From NCBI RefSeq assembly GCF_001194135.2, contig NC_069010.1, positions 755,808 to 796,449 on the forward strand: a stretch of DNA of 40,642 bases, given 5' to 3'. Of this stretch, positions 24,554 through 34,212 are shown in pieces. Every line of letters starts with the position of its first letter. The first letter of the stretch is position 1. Under the pieces are notes generated by a model. That model was not told where the DNA came from and searched no databases. It was given only the letters and a program-made list of their open reading frames with translations. Origin of the DNA: Octopus bimaculoides. Its lineage: Eukaryota. Made by a program: the position numbers and the translations under genes.

Positions 24554-26363
24554 GTGATCGAAATGGAACAGATATACAAAGGCATACACGCATATACCTC
24601 TTCTACTACTTCTACTATTGTAAATGTCCTTCGAAACTATTGCTCGCTCACCTGTATGAATGTCTTTTCTTGCGATGGTACTTAGTCGTTGAATAATCCT
24701 CTCTGCATTGTAGCACTGAGACATGTCTGGTACTTGCCAGATACCAGTAAACGGTGAACACTTTGCTGATGTCATATATTGACTTGATGCCATTTCTGAG
24801 TCTCCTACCGTTCTGGGAGAACTGAAAAAATAAATGTGAAATTTTGTCAGAAGAATTTCAGTTTCATCAGACTCGGAGGAATATAAGAAACCTTCGACCT
24901 GGTCGTAATTTAAACTCATAATTTTGTGAAAGAAGGATAATTGGTGTAATGTATTTTGGGGAGAAATCTATTATTTACTCCTGATTCCTATCCTCAAAAC
25001 TAAAGTAAAATATTTTCTAATTAGAGTCCAGATTTAAAAACAATATTCCTGCAGATGCTTTTATTTATTATAATTTGTTGGTTTTATGATTATCACAAGA
25101 TTGGTTGGAATGGTATAGGTGATGAAATATTAAGGAACTGGATTGTTAGTTCAAGTTGAGAGAGGGAATTAATTGTTTATATTTCATCATAGTCATTAGT
25201 AGTGATAGCAGCAGCAATAGATTTACGTATAAATGTACAGATTTGAGTAATTCCACCAGTTGGTTTTGTCTTAAAACTTATAAAACTCAGCCTCAGGGAG
25301 GAACAATTTAGATGTTTAGCATGTGAAATGACGCGGTAGAAATGAGAGAAGAGTGAGCGTGTTACATAGTCTATGATGAGTCAAATCCCACGATGATCTG
25401 CTTTCTCCACTTGCCATTATATAGTAGCAAAATTATAGCACTTCAATAATTACAAAATTGAATAAATAATATTAGCCGGAAATAAACAGAATCACCAATA
25501 GATTCTATTTGCTGTCCCTAGGGATGTTTTTTTTCTTCCTATTTTGTGACATTCTGACACTTGCAGGAAACTTTAAAGCTTTGTATACTAGTGATTTCAA
25601 ATTTTGGCACAAGGCCAGCAATTTTGTGTGGGGTGGGGAGTAATTCGATTACATAGACTCTAGTGTCCAACTGGTACTTATTTTATCGATCCCAAAATGA
25701 TGAAAGGCAAAATCGACTCCAGTGATATTTGAACTGATAACGTAAAGTTGGAAGAAATGACGCTAAGCATTTTGTCCGGCGCGATAACGATTCTGCCAGA
25801 TCGCCACCATAAAGCTTTGTCCAATATTGGCTTCAAATTTTGGCACAAGGCCAGCAATTTCAGGGGAAGGGATAAGTCGTTTACACCAAACCTAGTACTC
25901 AACTGGTATTTATTTTATTGATCCCGAAAAGATGAAAGACAAAGTCGACCTTGGCGGAATTTGAACTCAACATAAAGCTTTGTATAATATAGGCAACAAA
26001 GCAAACCTAGATAGTTAGACCAAGGCTAAATTGTATCAAATAATGTATGAAATGTGAAAATGCTGGGAGAAGAGATTGCAACCGATAGACATTTAAATCT
26101 ATCGTGTTAATCCATCTCGCTGTTATTTACGCTACAAAGTAACATTCTCTCACAATAGGATGGCGCTGAAAAACTTCAAAATTAGAGTAGAAATAAATCA
26201 AAATAAACCAACCAGTATCTTGTGGCTACATTTCCATAACATGGGAGCTCTGCAGTAGTTCCTATTTTTGTTATTGGCCAATAGAAAGTTCGATTGTTAG
26301 CTGATGTTGTGCTTTCATCACAAACCACTGAAAAGGAAACAAAACATGGATATGGGAAAAGTC

Positions 26364-26394
<31 letters not shown>

Positions 26395-26488
26395 TTGATG
26401 GTGGTGATTGTGGTGGTGGTGATGGTGTTGGTACTGGTGATGTTGTTAGTGCTGGTGATAGTGGTGGTGTGGGTGATGGTGGAGGTGA

Positions 26489-26557
<69 letters not shown>

Positions 26558-29500
26558 CAGCGGCAGCAGCAGCAGTAATTGCTGTTGTAAATAGTTTGGA
26601 CGTGCTGGCTGATTTGAGAACAATGATTCATGAACTGCTGCAAACATATATGGAAAGCGTTATACTCATACGCTATGAAAATCTTCAAAATATGTTAGGA
26701 CATTTTCGAACTGGTACTTTCCTTGAGGAAGCAAATATTTACTTCCCTACTGAGATATATACAAAATATGGGCATGTATAGCAGTGACATACAAGCAGTC
26801 ATTGAAAAAGATAGAGTCTGATTAAAGTAGGATTAGCAGAGTCTGATTTTCTGGATAAGAAATGCTTAATTTGGAGAAAATTTGAGCTCATCTATTTTGA
26901 GAATGTAACTGAGAATCGAAAGTCTTGGTGAATATCACCAGAAATAACAATTAGTAAAGACTTTCATATTCCTATATGACCCGCGATACTGACACAGACT
27001 CGCATCGCAACTCACAATTCAAACGTCAACATATTGTCCCTCTATTACCTTCCTTTTCACCACTATATAAAGAATCATTTGGAAAGCTCGAAATACCAGA
27101 AAAACGGATTATAACTGCTGGCCAAAATGTTGGGAATAGAAGTTAAATCTCCTAAATTCCTATATAAGGGGAAGATTTAACTTCTATTCCCAAATTTTGG
27201 CAAGCAGTTGTAATTNNNNNNNNNNNNNNNNNNNNNNNNNNNNNNNNNNNNNNNNNNNNNNNNNNNNNNNNNNNNNNNNNNNNNNNNNNNNNNNNNNNNN
27301 NNNNNNNNNNNNNNNNNNNNNNNNNNNNNNNNNNNNNNNNNNNNNNNNNNNNNNNNNNNNNNNNNNNNNNNNNNNNNNNNNNNNNNNNNNNNNNNNNNNN
27401 NNNNNNNNNNNNNNNNNNNNNNNNNNNNNNNNNNNNNNNNNNNNNNNNNNNNNNNNNNNNNNNNNNNNNNNNNNNNNNNNNNNNNNNNNNNNNNNNNNNN
27501 NNNNNNNNNNNNNNNNNNNNNNNNNNNNNNNNNNNNNNNNNNNNNNNNNNNNNNNNNNNNNNNNNNNNNNNNNNNNNNNNNNNNNNNNNNNNNNNNNNNN
27601 NNNNNNNNNNNNNNNNNNNNNNNNNNNNNNNNNNNNNNNNNNNNNNNNNNNNNNNNNNNNNNNNNNNNNNNNNNNNNNNNNNNNNNNNNNGCTGTCTCTG
27701 CCCTTTTCTATACATCGAGCAAACGGGATGCCGCTTTACTGACTGGTTTGCGGAACATCTCCGAGACATCCGACTCGGCAATGACACCCCGGTCTCGCGC
27801 CATTTCCGCTCTACCAGTCACTCTTTGCAACACCTGTCTGTGTTCGGATTGTCCTTACACAGGGGCCATCCGGACTCCTGTTTGCGCCGTGAAAAGGGAT
27901 TAATCTTCTCTCTTCGCATCTTTGCACCCCATGGGCTCAACTCTCCCTCCTCTTCATCTAACCTCCTCCCCTCACCTCTCTCCCGCTCACACCTACTTCC
28001 TCCCACCCACTTCTCCTCTCTCGCTCCGATTCCTAGTTCTTTTCTTCACTCCTACTCTCCTTCTCTTTTCTCTTCACCACTACTCACATTCTCCTTCCCC
28101 TTTCATCGTCATCTCTCCCTCATAAGCCCACACCACCCCTACACATTTCAACTCCACCTTTCCTATTCTTCCTAGCCCACCCACCCCATCCTTTACACCC
28201 ATTTCCACATACCCCACCTCTACCGCCACCCTCAGCATAACCCACACCCCACCCTTGCTTTCCCTACCCTTGCCTCCCCAACTCCCAACTCCATCACACC
28301 ACACCACTACACTATACACCATCATACCACACAACACATCACATCAATACACACCACCACACACACACCAGCACTGACCACTTCCCAGCCCCATATTTTC
28401 ACACCTACACACACACACGCCCATGTCAAGATCGCCAGCACTCTTCCAAACGCACATACAAACTCTCGTATACATACGCACGCGCACCTTCGTTTTGGGC
28501 TCACCACTACTTTATTATCTCCCCTTCTTCCTAGCTCTCCTGTGTGACCCTTCTGTCCGGCATTCGCCATGATAGATCGCTAGCCACTACACATTCTTTG
28601 TTTTCTTTCCTTGTTTCTTTCTGTGTTCCTTTCTGTGATAGAGCGTAGGCTCGAAACGTTAAATACTTTTTCACTTCCCTAGCATTAAACTNNNNNNNNN
28701 NNNNNNNNNNNNNNNNNNNNNNNNNNNNNNNNNNNNNNNNNNNNNNNNNNNNNNNNNNNNNNNNNNNNNNNNNNNNNNNNNNNNNNNNNNNNNNNNNNNN
28801 NNNNNNNNNNNNNNNNNNNNNNNNNNNNNNNNNNNNNNNNNNNNNNNNNNNNNNNNNNNNNNNNNNNNNNNNNNNNNNNNNNNNNNNNNNNNNNNNNNNN
28901 NNNNNNNNNNNNNNNNNNNNNNNNNNNNNNNNNNNNNNNNNNNNNNNNNNNNNNNNNNNNNNNNNNNNNNNNNNNNNNNNNNNNNNNNNNNNNNNNNNNN
29001 NNNNNNNNNNNNNNNNNNNNNNNNNNNNNNNNNNNNNNNNNNNNNNNNNNNNNNNNNNNNNNNNNNNNNNNNNNNNNNNNNNNNNNNNNNNNNNNNNNNN
29101 NNNNNNNNNNNNNNNNNNNNNNNNNNNNNNNNNNNNNNNNNNNNNNNNNNNNNNNNNNNNNNNNNNNNNNNNNNNNNNNNNNNNNNNNNNNNNNNNNNNN
29201 NNNNNNNNNNNNNNNNNNNNNNNNNNNNNNNNNNNNNNNNNNNNNNNNNNNNNNNNNNNNNNNNNNNNNNNNNNNNNNNNNNNNNNNNNNNNNNNNNNNN
29301 NNNNNNNNNNNNNNNNNNNNNNNNNNNNNNNNNNNNNNNNNNNNNNNNNNNNNNNNNNNNNNNNNNNNNNNNNNNNNNNNNNNNNNNNNNNNNNNNNNNN
29401 NNNNNNNNNNNNNNNNNNNNNNNNNNNNNNNNNNNNNNNNNNNNNNNNNNNNNNNNNNNNNNNNNNNNNNNNNNNNNNNNNNNNNNNNNNNNNNNNNNNN

Positions 29501-30806
29501 NNNNNNNNNNNNNNNNNNNNNNNNNNNNNNNNNNNNNNNNNNNNNNNNNNNNNNNNNNNNNNNNNNNNNNNNNNNNNNNNNNNNNNNNNNNNNNNNNNNN
29601 NNNNNNNNNNNNNNNNNNNNNNATATTATTATATAATTGAACGGCACGCATCCTCTTCCAAGTAAGTTTTATCTTAATAATTCTGATGCGTACTCTATTC
29701 TATCCTTTTACTCTTTCGTTTTTCTCTCTCCCTTTCTCTTATTCTTTTACCTCCTCTTCTCGCACTATTCTATCCTATTACTCTTTCGTTTTTTTCTCTT
29801 TTCCTTTCTCTTATTCTTCTACCCCCCTTCTCCCCTCCTATTTTCCTCACTTATCCTATCTCCAAATCTTTTTCTCTCCCCTTCACAGTTCTCTGCCTGT
29901 CAGTCTCTCTCCTTCACTATTCCGCCTTTGCTCACGTGGTTCCCACGTGACCCTCGACCATCTTTCTTTCTTCTAATTTGTGTTTCTATCTTTCTCTCTG
30001 TTGTAGCTGGACCAAGAATACGTATTCTTGTCTGTCTCCTGTCCAAGTTTGATTACGCGTTCGCCACCACAACCTTGTTGAGGCTTAGCAGCCCTTCGTG
30101 TTTGTTTTTACTGTCGTGCAAAATCCCAAATTTTATTTAATTTGCTTTGCGGGAGCAATTGTTTTGTCGAAGGCGTATCTTGTTGTGAAATGCTCGAAAT
30201 GCAGAAGTAGAAAAACAGTCAACAACTGATGAAGGGTCGTTTTTAATGTTGCTTGTCTAGTTTTCCATTTGTGTCTTTCGTTCGAAAAAATAGTTCATAT
30301 TCTATGTACTCGTACTTCGTAATTTTTGTTGTTTACGATTTGTGACATCCTGTGCCCACATATGCATATATGTGTATANNNNNNNNNNNNNNNNNNNNNN
30401 NNNNNNNNNNNNNNNNNNNNNNNNNNNNNNNNNNNNNNNNNNNNNNNNNNNNNNNNNNNNNNNNNNNNNNNNNNNNNNNNNNNNNNNNNNNNNNNNNNNN
30501 NNNNNNNNNNNNNNNNNNNNNNNNNNNNNNNNNNNNNNNNNNNNNNNNNNNNNNNNNNNNNNNNNNNNNNNNNNNNNNNNNNNNNNNNNNNNNNNNNNNN
30601 NNNNNNNNNNNNNNNNNNNNNNNNNNNNNNNNNNNNNNNNNNNNNNNNNNNNNNNNNNNNNNNNNNNNATACGTATACATGTAAGTATGTACATATACGT
30701 ATGTATGTATGCATATATCTATATATATCATATATATCATTATATGATTGAAAGCCAAGTAAGTTTTATCTATCTATCTCCCTCCCCCCTCTCTCTCTCT
30801 CTCTCC

Positions 30807-30841
<35 letters not shown>

Positions 30842-33800
30842 CACCCAGATATGCATCTATATATACATGTGGATGAAGGTATGTACATACATGTACATAT
30901 ATATGCATATACGAATATATTTTTTGTATTACACGATCGAACGCACGTGTTACCCTTTCATGTAAGTTTTGAACTTTATTTTTCTGACGCAACTCTCTCT
31001 ATCTTTGTATCTATCTCTCCCTCTCATTCTTCCTTCTACTGTTCTTTGCCTCTCCTCTTCACTATTATACATATATCTCTCTCGGTCTCTCTTTGCTCAC
31101 TTATATTCTACTTCCTCCCCTTTTTCTCCCTCTACCACTCTTTCTCCTTACCCCTTACTGGTTACATATGTCCAGTCACTCATTCTTTTCATATCTTAGT
31201 CTCCCCAAGCTCGCACGTACATTTTCGTCCTTCCAGTTCGTGCTTCACAGCGTTCCATATACACATACTTTTCCACGTCTGGCCGTATAGCCTTTCTTGT
31301 GTGTTTATTTCACTGTTTCGTTTTCCTGTCTTGTTTTCCGTCCGCCACTATCCTCCATGGAACAAATTTAATTTGTGTCCGTGGGAAGAGTCATTTTAAC
31401 GATGCGTCCTGCCCTAACTCTTCGAAACGTCAGTGTTATAATGGTGGCAGCTGATGAAGGAAATGCTCTTATGTGGACTGTGTGTTTTCTGTACCCTGTT
31501 TATCATTTTGTCCATGTATTTTGCAACGTCATGTACCCAGATATGCATCTATATATACATGTGGATGAAGGTATGTACATACATGTACATATTTATGCAT
31601 ATACTCATATATTATTTATATATATATAGGTAAATGTTCAAATTAGGTTGGTAGGGATATACAATCCTAGCGGGTACCGTATTCACTTTTACCGGTCAAT
31701 AAAGCTGGCTAACCTCCGTGAGTGTAGAAAAACTTCAGTTAGTTTATTTTACTATCCTCAGTAGATCTTCACATCGGTAAATCAATATATCTTTATAGAG
31801 ACTGCATATTGTCGGTAGAAAAGAAATAATAAATTGAGAATAAGGAGAATAAAGATTCATATATACAGTTTTACTCCGCAGTCAATCACGTATTTCCATT
31901 TCTGCACCTACATGTGGGTCTGTTGAAAATTTTAGGCACATTCCAAAGTTTTGTATCTTGCTGTGCATTTGGGAGTTATTTGCCGCTTCTTCAGGATGCT
32001 ATTAATAGCGTTTCAGATTCCATCTGAACTAAAAACAAGTCCAACCAAAATATTTCATACACGTGGTGTTAGTATTTTAAGAATAGTCTAAATTCTGACG
32101 TTCTCAACACCGTAGCTGATTAAATATAAACTCCTAAGTAAGTAAACTGAATAATAAAATCAACGATATCCATACATTTTTAATTAAGTATAAAATTAGA
32201 AAATTAACTAATTGTGCAATAGCTCGTTATTAACCATAATAATAATAAGAAGAAAAGTTGTGGTCGTAAGAGTGATAGGGATCATAATTGTAGCAACAGC
32301 AATAACATCAACATACAGTAAGTAACCTGATACAGAATATACTACCATTCACCACATTTGCTGCCTAGTGACCCATTCTTGGACAGTTAGTCACTTGTTT
32401 TCCTAACCAGCAGAAACGATGTTAATAGCACCCTGAAGAAGCTGCCAGACGCATACCAAGATGCATGAGACTGCAGTGTGCACAGAATTGCAGCAGAAGG
32501 AAACATGGAGGTGCAGAAATGGAAAGGCGTGGTTGACTGCGGAACGAAACTGTATGTATGAATCTTTGTGGTCCTTATTATTGATACAAACGCACACACA
32601 CACACACACACACGCGCGCACACACACACGCACACACACACACACACATACACACATGTATGCATGCATGTATAAAGCGTAAAGAAATAAGAATTTGGAA
32701 TCCGGGCAGGTAACCTATTGTCTATCTAACATAATCCAGATCTGGTTAACCACATCGAATGACATAGAACATACAGAAATGTTTCAAATAAACAGTTAAA
32801 CGGCAAGTCCAGAGTTCGCTTCATTGGATTTCACACAGCATACAAAGTATATAATGAAGGCATCATAAAAAAAGAATGAAGAATTATACATCTTTTAAAG
32901 TATTCATTACTGTATTATTCTCCTCAATCAGAGAATTACTCTCGTTTAATGAGAGTAATAATGTAATAAATTTTGAAGGTGTATGATAGTCGATTCTTCT
33001 TTACGATATCTTGATGATATATGTATAAAGCATGTATGCTTATGCACGCACAGACACATACACAAACACATACATACACACGCATACACACATATACAGA
33101 GTGTCTCCAAAGGATGTATACACACATTGAATGATTGTGAAGTCAGTTCGTATAATACATTTCATTTTCAGACGGATTTTAGTTCTTTATGAACGCTTGT
33201 TTTGAAATTATGACCATTCTGGTTCAATTGCTGTTGTGGCTCAAACATCAAGGAGCCTCGTGGTTTCTATGACCAAAGCCTCGATCATCATCTACCGGCT
33301 TGGATTATCCATTATCACAGCAGTTAAAACAGTCAACTGGAAGTCACTACTTGTCCGCTGAAGCAAAATTGGAAATAGCGTATACCTACACACACGTTCA
33401 TATGTACGTACTTTGAATTACAGGCACACAGATACATATATATATATATATAAACATAAAATATATATAATTCACTCACATACACACACATGTATCTATC
33501 ATTCCTAGCTCAAAAATGAACGTGACCACATCGCACAAAATAAATTTGAGATCAGGAAAATTATTTGTGGCATTAAATAATTTTCCTGTTTGAGTAAAGG
33601 AAATCGTACGATTTGTGTGAATTTTTCAATCCAGTAGAGCCTGGACATTCTACTTCTCTACAGAGTAAGTAGAAAACATTTTTGCCCTCGATGTAATTGG
33701 TATAATTAAAAAGAAAATGAGCAAAGACAAACAGCTCAGTAGGGACAAGGAGAAGGAAAGTGAACGAAGAAAAGTTGAAAATGAATTTTTGATTTATTGA

Positions 33801-34138
33801 AATTATCCACGATTCGAGAAAATGTAAATAAATAGATACGTGCGATTGTGTGTGTGTATGTATCCTGTGGTATCATCTACTCATGATGACGATGACGACA
33901 ACGGCGAAGATGATGGTAATGGTGATGATAAAGCTAATTATGACGGTAGTGGTGATAAACATAAGAGACACAATACTTACTTTCATCAAATAATTTCATG
34001 TGACTTCGCTGAACTCCGAAGTTACGCAAAGTGTGGGATTTTTTTAAAACTTGGGAGATATTGCACCACAGTTGTTTATTAGTTATCTTGCTATATAGTT
34101 TGGAGTAAATAGCAAATATCGTTTGGTTTCTGTCTGAA
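2863..34138 (-). CDS. Adhesion GPCR gene 1 (ADGRG/GPR126-GPR112-like), multi-exon, partial: distal ectodomain-HRM-GAIN/GPS-7TM. TM2 exon not seen; TM5-7 not found (probably off-window)
   Basis: 11 exons with canonical AG/GT sites; phases match at every junction except across the missing TM2 exon. Translation shows HRM cysteines/tryptophans, the GAIN motif INSHVLAANV...LDEPLNITF, GPS CVYW...W...GC...C.CDHL/TSFALLM, TM1 LSIISYTGCGIS, TM3 LHYFLLASFVWMSVEAFY and TM4 WGLPAVIV. Confidence 0.93.
3220..3400 (+). mobile_element. RTE 3'-end relic
   Basis: KIKWPGRVAK...EWM resembles the RTE KLKWAGHVAR...W motif. Confidence 0.35.
5058..5202 (-). CDS. Gene 1 TM3 exon (AVAAFLHYFLLASFVWMSVEAFYVYLSVVVVFKTY...ILAWG)
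   Basis: attgtag acceptor, G/GTATGT donor; hallmark ADGR TM3 motif. Confidence 0.95.
5845..7034 (+). mobile_element. R4/Dong-clade non-LTR retrotransposon, internally deleted, with (TAA)n tail
   Basis: N-terminal RCKWTKEE...W.E...ENNLMNQVRVIRRKGYLT motif joined near 6630 to the C-terminal end KEVEKTTKYSEL...IPVVIGALG...LQNAALLGTAHILRKVL*; (TAA)n at 6957-7034; no RT. Confidence 0.75.
7626..8040 (+). mobile_element. tRNA-derived SINE
   Basis: Head gtggtaagaagtttgct...ggttcag with A/B-box-like motifs; body shared with 534-1305 and 11597-11725. Confidence 0.75.
8622..8790 (+). repeat. (GAA/GGA)n purine tract
   Basis: Directly visible next to a gap. Confidence 0.9.
9586..9790 (+). mobile_element. 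Probable SINE-like interspersed repeat (different family)
   Basis: GC-richer island abutting a gap; recognised by resemblance only, no second copy confirmed in the window. Confidence 0.4.
10150..10745 (-). mobile_element. Penelope-like element 3' end with hammerhead-bearing tail
   Basis: KFCNICNSELFHIL...VNAFIERSYRC*H resembles the PLE C-terminal C..C..E...I...N..E..C.H pattern; hammerhead motif downstream at 10194-10280. Confidence 0.55.
10194..10280 (-). ncRNA. Minimal type I hammerhead ribozyme motif (PLE-type), stem II imperfect
   Basis: ctttcc-CTGATGA-gacga...ttgtcttc-GAAAC-ATAT-GTC-ggaag; palindromic stem III ACATATGT; GUC site. Confidence 0.5.
10750..11110 (-). mobile_element. Mariner (DD34D family) transposase fragment
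   Basis: HTH region, WVPHKL and IVTGDEKWVLY motifs; truncated at both ends. Confidence 0.92.
11270..11555 (+). mobile_element. tRNA-derived SINE
   Basis: A box TGGCTTAGTGG and B box GAGTTAAATTCC, followed by a non-tRNA body. Confidence 0.7.
11597..11725 (+). mobile_element. SINE 5' part ending in (TA)n
   Basis: Homologous to the head at 7626-7780. Confidence 0.7.
12430..15330 (-). mobile_element. Decayed Ty3/Gypsy LTR retrotransposon (K02A2.6-like): gag, RT, RNase H end, integrase zinc finger
   Basis: gag FKCLIFVQGLTA...EQDPNLTL; RT THKGLYKFNRFPFGIK...SLDDLLI...KCEF..FLGQII; YDFKLEYLPSEKLGHADGLS; FHTRHSGISRMKSLMRS; stops, frameshifts and gaps; LTRs not identified. Confidence 0.9.
15710..15770. 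repeat. (TAG)n microsatellite
   Basis: Directly visible. Confidence 0.95.
15995..16110 (-). CDS. Gene 1 exon I, TM1 (NVYQTEGETDNALSIISYTGCGISFVFLILTIIIHVCFR)
   Basis: ttgtag acceptor, AG/GTAAGC donor; ADGR TM1 motif. Confidence 0.93.
16325..16792. repeat. Perfect 98-bp direct repeat (16325-16422, 16695-16792) flanking 272 bp
   Basis: ggcagtgactttttac...cgcatagacata identical in both copies. Confidence 0.95.
16839..16994 (-). CDS. Gene 1 exon H, GPS motif and Stachel (NASNLQCVYWD...CCCDHLTSFALLM)
   Basis: ttttcag acceptor, ATG/GTTGGT donor; canonical GPS. Confidence 0.95.
17393..17521 (-). CDS. Gene 1 exon G, GAIN (VTQNPS...INSHVLAANVPNITINKLDEPLNITFNLIHQ)
   Basis: ctttacag acceptor, CAG/GTAATA donor, 43 codons; too short for the ORF track, translated by hand. 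Confidence 0.92.
17662..17870 (-). mobile_element. SINE family copy (others at ~23840-24055, 25595-25805, 25835-25972)
   Basis: Shared ttggcacaaggccagca...ctggtacttattttatcga...gtcgac...aatttgaactca; tRNA-like head with GTTCAAAT on the minus strand. Confidence 0.8.
18663..18756 (-). ncRNA. Minimal type I hammerhead ribozyme with intact core
   Basis: Stem I TCCTCT/AGAGGA; CTGATGA; stem II AGGAG-G-CAGTA/TACTG-TA-CTCCT; GAAAC-AGCT-GTT with palindrome ACAGCTGT. Confidence 0.72.
19034..20120 (+). mobile_element. Tc1-like (DD34E) transposon, defective, 3' truncated
   Basis: TA/CAGGGGTTGGACAAAAT left end; paired-like HTH ORF at 19217; FSDES, FQDDNAPIH and SPDLNTIEHLW motifs; stops and frameshift. 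Confidence 0.92.
20505..20657 (-). CDS. Gene 1 exon F, GAIN (IYDSPN...SISLP...RINFFSMRDDKLYR)
   Basis: cccaccag acceptor, AGG/GTATGG donor, 51 codons; SISLP and DDKLY GAIN-type motifs. Confidence 0.9.
21700..21871 (-). CDS. Gene 1 exon E, GAIN (LLNIIEAMPEKIPL...GTNETEGSTM)
   Basis: ctcacag acceptor; phase-0 donor ATG/GTACAA is weak but is the donor matching the next exon's phase. Confidence 0.85.
22080..22360. repeat. Compound trinucleotide microsatellite (CTT/CTG/CTA/CCA)n
   Basis: Directly visible; ends about 25 nt from the exon D donor. Confidence 0.95.
22384..22603 (-). CDS. Gene 1 exon D, GAIN subdomain A (GNIDKISKK...AEQEKRSASR)
   Basis: tttccag acceptor, AG/GTAATA donor, 220 nt in phase; helical GAIN-A-like sequence. 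Confidence 0.9.
23840..24055 (-). mobile_element. SINE copy (17662 family)
   Basis: Sequence similarity to the other copies in the window. Confidence 0.75.
24652..24821 (-). CDS. Gene 1 exon C, HRM second half (SPRTVG...CSPFTGIWQVPDMSQCYNAE...)
   Basis: ttttttcag acceptor, G/GTGAGC donor, 170 nt = 1+56 codons+1. Confidence 0.9.
25595..25972 (-). mobile_element. Two tandem SINE copies (17662 family)
   Basis: Two successive caaattttggcacaaggccagcaattt starts; aaagctttgt recurs at the junctions. Confidence 0.8.
26213..26327 (-). CDS. Gene 1 exon B, HRM first half (VCDESTT...WPITKIGTTAELPCYGNVATRYC)
   Basis: Polypyrimidine tract + cag acceptor; TG/GTTGGT donor; HRM C..W..G..C pattern; phase 2 completes Cys with exon C. 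Confidence 0.9.
26365..26578. repeat. Compound trinucleotide microsatellite (TAG/TGG/TAT/CAG)n
   Basis: Directly visible; about 35 nt upstream of the exon B acceptor. Confidence 0.95.
27691..28690 (+). mobile_element. Penelope-like (Neptune-type) element 3' end: GIY-YIG C-terminus, CT-rich tail, hammerhead relic
   Basis: LYIEQTGCRFTDWFAEHLRDIR...PVSRHF...H...LIFSLRIFAPHGLN; tail motif CTGTGATA-GAGC-GTAG-GCTC-GAAACGTT at 28633-28660. Confidence 0.8.
30920..31535 (+). mobile_element. PLE-tail-like insertion (CT-rich, two hammerhead relics) flanked by 58-bp direct repeats
   Basis: GAAGAGT/ACTCTTC-GAAACGTC, then CTGATGAAGG...GCAACGTC; flanking repeats 30843-30900 and 31535-31592. Confidence 0.5.
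31866..32552. mobile_element. Non-autonomous Tc1/mariner-type element (MITE) with long diverged terminal inverted repeats and TA flanks
   Basis: TA/CAGTTTTACTCCGCAGTCAATCACG versus reverse complement TA/CAGTTTCGTTCCGCAGTCAACCACG; similarity persists for about 170 bp. Confidence 0.75.
33860..34138 (-). repeat. Inverted-duplication segment (homologous to ~36576-36860 on +): exon A plus downstream intron
   Basis: Exon homology, plus the intron flanks give similar spurious ORFs in the track (33840..34082 + versus 36570..36872 -). Confidence 0.88.
33981..34138 (-). CDS. Gene 1 exon A (distal ectodomain; SDRNQTIF...SHMKLFDE), phase 2 to 1
   Basis: tttcag acceptor, A/GTAAGT donor, open frame; phase 1 joins exon B (A+TG); homologous exon at 36576-36740. 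Confidence 0.75.
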
Positions 34139-34179
34139 CTGAAATAAAAATAAATATACGTACATAGATAGATAAACAA

Positions 34180-34212
<33 letters not shown>

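Larger units (their letters stand above)
26213..27110 (-). repeat. Left arm of inverted duplication (homologous to ~39855-40642 on +)
   Basis: Collinear matches such as gtggtgaaaaggaag, ttgttatttctggtg, gattctcagttacattct, atatctcagta.ggaagtaaatattt and ccatatatgtttgca; roughly 75-80% identity by eye. Confidence 0.9.
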
